From NCBI RefSeq assembly GCF_000711245.1, contig NZ_JOMH01000001.1, positions 466,830 to 490,829 on the forward strand: DNA of 24,000 bases, read 5' to 3'. Both the position numbers and the translations under genes were made by a program. This stretch comes from Polycyclovorans algicola TG408. Lineage in GTDB: Bacteria; Pseudomonadota; Gammaproteobacteria; Nevskiales; Nevskiaceae. Below the pieces are notes generated by a model. It made no database searches. It was given only the letters and a program-made list of their open reading frames with translations, and had not been told where the DNA came from. Shown one piece after another: positions 18,345-24,000 of the stretch (position 1 is the stretch's first letter; every line of letters begins with the position of its first letter).

Positions 18345-19103
18345 TCAGCCGAAACGCAGGCCGCCATCGACCGGCAGCACCGTGCCGGTGATGTAGTCGG
18401 CGGCGTCCGACAGCAGAAAGCCCACCGCCTTGGCGACTTGCGCAGCGCCGCCGAGTCGCCCCAACGGAATGCGCGCCAGCTCGGCGTCTTGCTGCTGCGG
18501 TGTCAACGTCGGCTGCGTGGCCCAGATCATGTGACCCGGCGCCACCGCATTGACCCGCACGCGCGGCGCCAGCTCTGCGGCGAGTGCTTCGGTGAGCGTC
18601 CAAAGCCCCGCCTTGGCAGCGAAGTACGGCGCGTAGCCAGCGCGCGGCTGGCGGGCGTGCACGTCGACGATGTTGACGATGTTGCGCAGCTCGTCAAAGG
18701 CCGCACAGGCCTGCGAAAGAAACAGCGGCGCCGCCAGATTGCTGCCGATCAGGTCGTTGAACTGCGCCGGCGTCACCGCCGCCAGCGGCGAGCGGAAGTA
18801 CGACGACGCGTTGTTGACCAATGCATCGAGACGCCCCCAATGCGCCCGCGCTTCGGCGGCCAACGCCGGCAGCGCGGCCAGATCGGCAAGGTCACCCTGT
18901 ACGACGGCCGCACTGGCGGCGCGCACGCCGTTGAGCTGCGCCGCCAGGGCGTCGGCGTCAACACGCGAATTGCGGCAGTGAATCACCACTCGAAAACCCT
19001 GCCCGTGCAGGGTTTCAGCAATTGCGGCGCCGACCCGCGCCGCTGCGCCAGTGACCAGCGCGACCGGCATGGATGCGCTCTTTTCATTAACCTTTGCGTT
19101 CAT
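18345..19103 (-). CDS. Pteridine reductase-like short-chain dehydrogenase (FolM/PTR1-type SDR)
   Basis: The product carries the TGAAARVG cofactor motif (TGxxxRxG variant), NNAS, and the catalytic YxxxK (YFAAK). An alternative start at Met12 (19070) has AAGAG upstream and is plausible. Confidence 0.8.
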   Translation of the reverse strand: MNAKVNEKSASMPVALVTGAAARVGAAIAETLHGQGFRVVIHCRNSRVDADALAAQLNGVRAASAAVVQGDLADLAALPALAAEARAHWGRLDALVNNASSYFRSPLAAVTPAQFNDLIGSNLAAPLFLSQACAAFDELRNIVNIVDVHARQPRAGYAPYFAAKAGLWTLTEALAAELAPRVRVNAVAPGHMIWATQPTLTPQQQDAELARIPLGRLGGAAQVAKAVGFLLSDAADYITGTVLPVDGGLRFG

Positions 19104-19125
19104 CCCGCGAGCATAGCGCTACCCC

Positions 19126-19938
19126 ATGAATGACTGGCTGTCGGCGCTACTGCTGGGCGTCATCGAAGGCTTGACCGAGTTTTTGCCGATCTCCTCGACC
19201 GGCCATTTGCTGATCGCGCAGGAGTGGCTGGGCCGTCGCAGTGACCTGTTCAACGTGGCGATTCAGGCCGGTGCAATTGTCGCGGTGTGCCTGGTTTACC
19301 GCGCGCGCCTGATGCAGCTCGCCACCGGCTGGCAGGTGCCCGAGCACCGCCGCTATACGCTGCAAATTGCCGGCGCGTTCATGATCACCGCCGTCCTCGG
19401 CCTCACCGCCAAGCTCATGGGCGTCGAGCTGCCAGAAACCGTCACGCCCATCGCGCTGGCCCTGATTATCGGCGGGCTGGTGATCTTCGCCGTCGAAGCC
19501 TGGGCCAAACGCCAGCCGTCGCACGAAACGGTGACTTGGACGGTCATGATTGCCGTCGGGGTGGCGCAGATCATTGCCGGCATTTTTCCGGGCACCTCGC
19601 GCTCGGCAATGGCCATTTTTGCCGGCATGCTCGCGGGGCTGACCCACCGCCCCAAGGCGGCGGAGTTCGCATTTTTGGTGGGCATTCCGACCATGTTTGC
19701 GGCCACCGGCTTTGAACTGATGAAAGTGTTGCTCGACGCTGAGGCCACCGCTGCCGAGCACTGGGGCCAGTTGCTGCTGGCTTTTGTGGTGTCCGCGGTG
19801 GTGGGCTTCGCGGCGGTCCGATGGTTGCTGGGCTTTATCTCCAAGCACAGCTTCGTGCCATTCGGCTGGTATCGCATCGCGCTGGGGCTTTTGCTGCTGG
19901 CGTATTTCGGCTTCGGTGACGGTCCGGCCGAGTCATAA
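19126..19938 (+). CDS. uppP: Undecaprenyl-diphosphate phosphatase
   Basis: The 270-aa polytopic membrane protein starts MNDWLSALLLGVIEGLTEFLPISSTGHLLI and contains PGTSRSA, the BacA/UppP signature blocks. Confidence 0.93.
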   Translation: MNDWLSALLLGVIEGLTEFLPISSTGHLLIAQEWLGRRSDLFNVAIQAGAIVAVCLVYRARLMQLATGWQVPEHRRYTLQIAGAFMITAVLGLTAKLMGVELPETVTPIALALIIGGLVIFAVEAWAKRQPSHETVTWTVMIAVGVAQIIAGIFPGTSRSAMAIFAGMLAGLTHRPKAAEFAFLVGIPTMFAATGFELMKVLLDAEATAAEHWGQLLLAFVVSAVVGFAAVRWLLGFISKHSFVPFGWYRIALGLLLLAYFGFGDGPAES

Positions 19939-20031
19939 AACCTTCACGAAACCGTCATAAAGCGGGCACGCCGCCCGTGCAGGCTTCGCGCGTATCCATT
20001 GAAGGGCCTGCCGGCCCCACGGGAGTGACGC

Positions 20032-20895
20032 ATGAACGCTGCGCCCACCAATATCGCCGCACCGCGCAAGCCGAGAGCCGCGCGCAAATCGACGTCAGAC
20101 AAGCCGCACTTCCGCACGTTGTGGATCTCTGACGTGCATCTGGGCACGGTCGGCTGCAAGGCCGACCACCTGGTTGATTTTCTGAAGGCCAACGAGTGCG
20201 ACACGCTGTACCTGGTGGGCGACATCATCGACGGCTGGAAGCTCAAGAAAAACTTCTACTGGCCGCAGGAACACACCAACGTGATCCGCAAGATTCTCAC
20301 CAAGTCGAAGCGTGGCACGCAGGTCTATTACGTGACCGGCAACCACGACGAGTTCCTGCGCAAGTTCGTCGGCTTTGAACTGGCACTGGGCAACATCAAG
20401 GTCGTCAACGAGCACATCCACACCACCGCCGACGGTCGTGAACTGCTGATCACCCACGGCGACGCGTTCGACGTGATCACCCGCTACCACGCGTGGGTGG
20501 CGATGGCCGGTGATGTCGCCTACGAGGCCACCCTGCGCTTCAACTACTGGTTCAACCGCGGTCGCAGCCTGCTGGGCATGCGCTACTGGTCGCTGTCGGC
20601 GTTCGCCAAGCAGCGTGTCAAGGCAGCGGTCAACGTGGTCTCAACCTATGAAGAATCGGTGGCGCGCGAGTGCCAGCGGCGCGGCCTCGACGGTGTGGTC
20701 TGTGGCCACATCCACCATGCCGAGATCAGTCAGCGTCACGGCGTGACGTATCACAACTGTGGTGACTGGGTCGAAAGCTGCACCGCCCTGGCCGAAGACC
20801 ACAACGGCCAGATTCGCATCCTGCGCTGGGTCGAGCTCGACCACCTCAACCAGCGCAGCGACGCCAAGGTCACACCGATACGCGCAAGCGCCTAA
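20032..20895 (+). CDS. LpxH-family calcineurin-like metallophosphoesterase (UDP-2,3-diacylglucosamine diphosphatase-like, non-canonical clade)
   Basis: The product has metallophosphoesterase motifs: ISDVHLG, VGDIIDGW, TGNHDEF, THGDAFD and CGHIHH. GGGAG lies upstream of the ATG. The sequence differs from the canonical E. coli LpxH blocks (DLHL, GDLFEAW, GNRDF). Confidence 0.8.
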   Translation: MNAAPTNIAAPRKPRAARKSTSDKPHFRTLWISDVHLGTVGCKADHLVDFLKANECDTLYLVGDIIDGWKLKKNFYWPQEHTNVIRKILTKSKRGTQVYYVTGNHDEFLRKFVGFELALGNIKVVNEHIHTTADGRELLITHGDAFDVITRYHAWVAMAGDVAYEATLRFNYWFNRGRSLLGMRYWSLSAFAKQRVKAAVNVVSTYEESVARECQRRGLDGVVCGHIHHAEISQRHGVTYHNCGDWVESCTALAEDHNGQIRILRWVELDHLNQRSDAKVTPIRASA

Positions 20896-20991
20896 GCTAG
20901 GCACAGCGGCTTCCCCCGCGCGTCGGTAGAGTGTGTTCGGGGCGGTCCAGGAGGGGCGAACCCCTGCCGTTCGACCCTTCGGAGCTGTGCC

Positions 20992-23900
20992 ATGTCTCAC
21001 GACGCCGATGCCCAACAAGAAGCCGCACGCCTGGCTGCACTGCGCGACAGTCACCTGCTCGACACCGCGCCCGAGGCGGCCTTTGACGACCTGACGAAAC
21101 TGGCGTCAGACCTGCTTGGCACGCCGGTCGCCCTGGTCAGCCTGATCGACGAGAACCGCCAGTGGTTCAAGTCGCGTATTGGACTGGAGGCGACCGAGAC
21201 GCCGCGTGACGTCGCGTTCTGCGCCCATGCAATTCGCAATCCATTGGAAATTTTTGAGGTCCCGGACGCCCACCAGGACCCGCGCTTTGCCGACAACCCC
21301 CTGGTGGTGGCCGAACCCAAGATCCGCTTCTATGCGGGCGCGCCGCTGGTCAGCGAGGAAGGCTTGGGGCTGGGCACGCTTTGCGTCATCGATTTCGCAC
21401 CGCGGACCCTCGACGCTCGGGGGCGCGAGACCCTGTCGGCGCTCGCCCGAACCGCCAGTGCGCTGATCGCCGCGCGTCGACAGCGGCACGCCCTGCTGGC
21501 GGCCGAGAGGCGCCTGGAGCGTATCAGCAGCGCCACCAACGATGCGATCTGGGACTGGGATCTCGTCGCCGGGCGCATTGAATGGAGCGAGGGTTTCGAG
21601 ACCATCTTCGGCTGGTCACGCGAGACGATAGGCACCGACGAAAAGGTCTGGCTTGACCGTATTCATCCCGATGACCTTGAACGGGTATCGGCCAGCGTGC
21701 GCGCCGTGACCGACGACCCGGCGCTGGGCACGCGCTGGCAAACCGAGTACCGGTTCCGTCACCACGACGGTCAATACCGCTTCGTCAGCGACCGTGGCGT
21801 CGTGATTCGCGACGCCGCCGGCAAAGCGATCGCCATGCTCGGCGGGATGCAGGACATCACTCGCCGCAAGCGGGCCGAGGCGCGCATCCAGGAAAGCGAA
21901 GGGCGCTTTTTGCGCATGGCGCAACACGCGCCGTTGAAGATGTGGGTCACCGACGCCAATGGCCACTGCACCTTCATCAACAAGTCCTGGTGCGACTACG
22001 TGGGTCAGCCGATGAACAGCCAACTGGGGCTGGGCTGGACCACCGCGGTTCACCTCGACGAAGCGGCGGCGGCAGGCGAGGCCTTCATGGCCGCGAGCAA
22101 CGCACGCACGCCGTACGCAAAAGACTATCGCCTGCGCCGCCACGACGGCGTGTATCGCTGGCATCGCGATGCTGCGACGCCACGCTTTGACGACGACGAC
22201 AGCTTTCTCGGCTTCATCGGCAGCGTTATTGATATCCACGATGAGGTCGAAGCCAAAGTGGAGTTGGCGCGCCAGGTGGCCGAACGCACCGCCGAGCTGG
22301 TCGAAAGTGAAAAGCGCTATCGCATCCATTCCGAAACCAGCCCAAACCTCGTTTGGACCTCACGCCTTGATGGCAGCATCGACTATGTCAACCAGACCAC
22401 CGAGGACTATTTGGGCGCGCCCATGCAACAGATTCTCGATCAGGGGTGGACCGAGTTCGTGCACCCCGATGACCGCAAGACGACCTTCCGGCTTTGGGCC
22501 GACTGCCTGAAAACCGGCGAGCGGCTGAGCATCGAGTACCGCATGCGTCGCCACGATGGCCAGTGGCGCTGGAACCGGGTCGACGCGCGCCCGCTGCGCG
22601 ATGCCGACGGTCAACTGATGCAATGGGTCGGGTCCAACGTCGACATTGAGGAGCTCAAGCAGGCAGAAGCCGCCGCTGCCGAAGCCGCGCGAGTCAAGTC
22701 CGAGTTTCTGGCCAACATGAGCCACGAAATTCGCACGCCCATGAACGGCGTCATCGGCATGACCAACCTGCTCGCCGACACGCCGCTCAGCGCCATCCAG
22801 CGCGACTATCTCGACACCATCCGCAACAGCGGCGAGCACCTGCTGGCCGTGATCAACGACGTGCTCGACTTCTCCAAGGCCGACGCCGGCAAGCTCGATC
22901 TGGAGCACTACGCCTTCAATCTGCGCACCTGCATGGAAGAGGCCATGGACCTCGTCGCCCAACAGAGTTTGGCCAAGGGGCTTGAGTTGGTGCTGGACAC
23001 CGCGCCCGACCTACCGGCACGCATCAGCGGCGACGCCGGGCGACTGCGGCAGGTGCTGGTCAATCTGCTGTCCAACGCCATCAAATTCACCGAGCGCGGC
23101 GAAATCGTGGTGTCGACCACCACCCTCACCGCAGGTCAAGACGACGTGCCCTGGCGATTCCGCGTGTCGGTGCGCGACACCGGTATCGGCATACCTGCGG
23201 ATCGCATGGACCGGCTCTTCCAGATGTTCTCCCAGGTCGATACCTCGCAAACCCGCACCCACGGGGGCACCGGCCTGGGGCTGGCGATCTGCCGCAAGCT
23301 GGTCGAGCGCATGAAGGGCCGTATCTGGGCTGAGAGCGTGCTTGGCAAGGGCACCACGTTTCATTTCGAGGTCGAGCTCGGCGCCGTGGACGACCCACGC
23401 AGCGGGCCACGCTCGCGAGAACCGTTAAAGGGTCGTCGCGCGCTGATCGTTGATGACAACCAGACCAACCTGCGCGTGCTGCGCGGCCTACTCGAAAGCT
23501 GGGGCATGGTCGTCATCGAAGCCGGCGCACCGCTGGCGGGACTGCGCGCCGTCAGCCAGCAAGACTTCGACGTGGCACTGCTCGATTTCATGATGCCGGA
23601 CATGACCGGCCACGAACTGGCTGCGGCCATCCGCAGTGTTCCGCGCGGCCGCGAGCTGCCCCTGCTGCTGCTGGGCTCGGTGAGTGAGCCCGAGGACCCC
23701 GGCAAACCGTCGCTGTTCCGCGCCCGGCTGCTCAAGCCGGTGCGCCAGTCAACGCTGTACGACCAGTTGGCGCTGTTGTTCGACTTGCGTGGTGATGCAG
23801 AGCACCCGCAGTTGCCGGCGTCGGCTGCCGAGGCTGATGGCGGCATCCGCCTGCGCGTGCTGATCGCGGAAGACAACACCGTCAACCAGAAAGTCGCCCT

Positions 23901-24000
23901 CAAGTTTCTCGAACGGCTGGGCCACCATGCCGACATCGCCAGCAACGGCCAGGAAGCGGTCGACGCCGTACTGCGTCAGCCCTATGACGTCGTGCTGATG
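20992..24000 (+). CDS. Hybrid sensor histidine kinase, GAF-PAS-PAS-PAS-HisKA-HATPase_c-REC-REC, 3'-truncated by the window edge
   Basis: This gene is not in the ORF track. I translated frame 1 codon by codon from ATG 20992 (GGAG 8 nt upstream) to nt 24000 and found 1003 sense codons with no stop. Recognisable parts are a GAF N-terminus (ALVSLIDENRQWFKSRIG...IRFYAGAPL), three PAS modules, the H-box SEFLANMSHEIRTP (His578, nt 22723-22725), the N/G boxes (LLSNAIKFT, DTGIGI, GGTGLGL), REC1 (IVDDN...LLDFMMPDMTG, Asp865) and the start of REC2 (VLIAEDN). Confidence 0.9.
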   Translation, partial: MSHDADAQQEAARLAALRDSHLLDTAPEAAFDDLTKLASDLLGTPVALVSLIDENRQWFKSRIGLEATETPRDVAFCAHAIRNPLEIFEVPDAHQDPRFADNPLVVAEPKIRFYAGAPLVSEEGLGLGTLCVIDFAPRTLDARGRETLSALARTASALIAARRQRHALLAAERRLERISSATNDAIWDWDLVAGRIEWSEGFETIFGWSRETIGTDEKVWLDRIHPDDLERVSASVRAVTDDPALGTRWQTEYRFRHHDGQYRFVSDRGVVIRDAAGKAIAMLGGMQDITRRKRAEARIQESEGRFLRMAQHAPLKMWVTDANGHCTFINKSWCDYVGQPMNSQLGLGWTTAVHLDEAAAAGEAFMAASNARTPYAKDYRLRRHDGVYRWHRDAATPRFDDDDSFLGFIGSVIDIHDEVEAKVELARQVAERTAELVESEKRYRIHSETSPNLVWTSRLDGSIDYVNQTTEDYLGAPMQQILDQGWTEFVHPDDRKTTFRLWADCLKTGERLSIEYRMRRHDGQWRWNRVDARPLRDADGQLMQWVGSNVDIEELKQAEAAAAEAARVKSEFLANMSHEIRTPMNGVIGMTNLLADTPLSAIQRDYLDTIRNSGEHLLAVINDVLDFSKADAGKLDLEHYAFNLRTCMEEAMDLVAQQSLAKGLELVLDTAPDLPARISGDAGRLRQVLVNLLSNAIKFTERGEIVVSTTTLTAGQDDVPWRFRVSVRDTGIGIPADRMDRLFQMFSQVDTSQTRTHGGTGLGLAICRKLVERMKGRIWAESVLGKGTTFHFEVELGAVDDPRSGPRSREPLKGRRALIVDDNQTNLRVLRGLLESWGMVVIEAGAPLAGLRAVSQQDFDVALLDFMMPDMTGHELAAAIRSVPRGRELPLLLLGSVSEPEDPGKPSLFRARLLKPVRQSTLYDQLALLFDLRGDAEHPQLPASAAEADGGIRLRVLIAEDNTVNQKVALKFLERLGHHADIASNGQEAVDAVLRQPYDVVLM

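Noticed and set aside
18339-18350. 12-bp palindrome ggctgatcagcc at the ogt/SDR convergent junction
   Set aside because: It is short, overlaps the SDR stop codon, and is expected by chance in GC-rich sequence. No flanking structure or U-tract supports a function.
21616-23945. Three minus-strand ORFs (21616-22329, 22360-22962, 23361-23945) listed in the track
   Set aside because: All three are antisense to the continuous frame-1 hybrid histidine kinase ORF, which has clear GAF, PAS, HisKA, HATPase and REC motifs. The antisense translations have no motifs and a biased composition.

Overview
High-GC (~65%) chromosomal core region with gammaproteobacterial synteny (taxonomy is inferred). I support 22 protein-coding genes. 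They are: glyS (5' truncated), gmhB, the folB-tsaD operon, the divergent macromolecular-synthesis operon rpsU-yqeY-dnaG-rpoD, two divergent signal-peptide beta-barrel proteins, two tandem monoheme c-type cytochromes, convergent ppx/ppk, an EcsC-family gene tightly coupled to NDH-2, an NRDE-family gene overlapping ogt, a pteridine-reductase-like SDR, uppP, an LpxH-like metallophosphoesterase, and a large hybrid sensor kinase. The sensor kinase is absent from the supplied ORF track because it runs off the 3' edge. I found no tRNA or rRNA genes, CRISPR arrays, transposases, integrases, or defence-island-like content. I see no convincing novel multi-gene system; this looks like an ordinary housekeeping region. 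The observations most worth a second look are: (1) DnaG, whose four canonical zinc-ribbon ligands are all substituted; (2) the unlisted GAF-3xPAS-HK-2xREC gene; (3) a Pho-box-like direct repeat upstream of ppk; (4) a 19-bp-arm inverted repeat over the ndh stop codon; (5) two tight couplings of uncharacterised families to known enzymes (EcsC with NDH-2, NRDE with Ogt). All functional calls come from reading the translations by eye and recalling family motifs. No database search was run.
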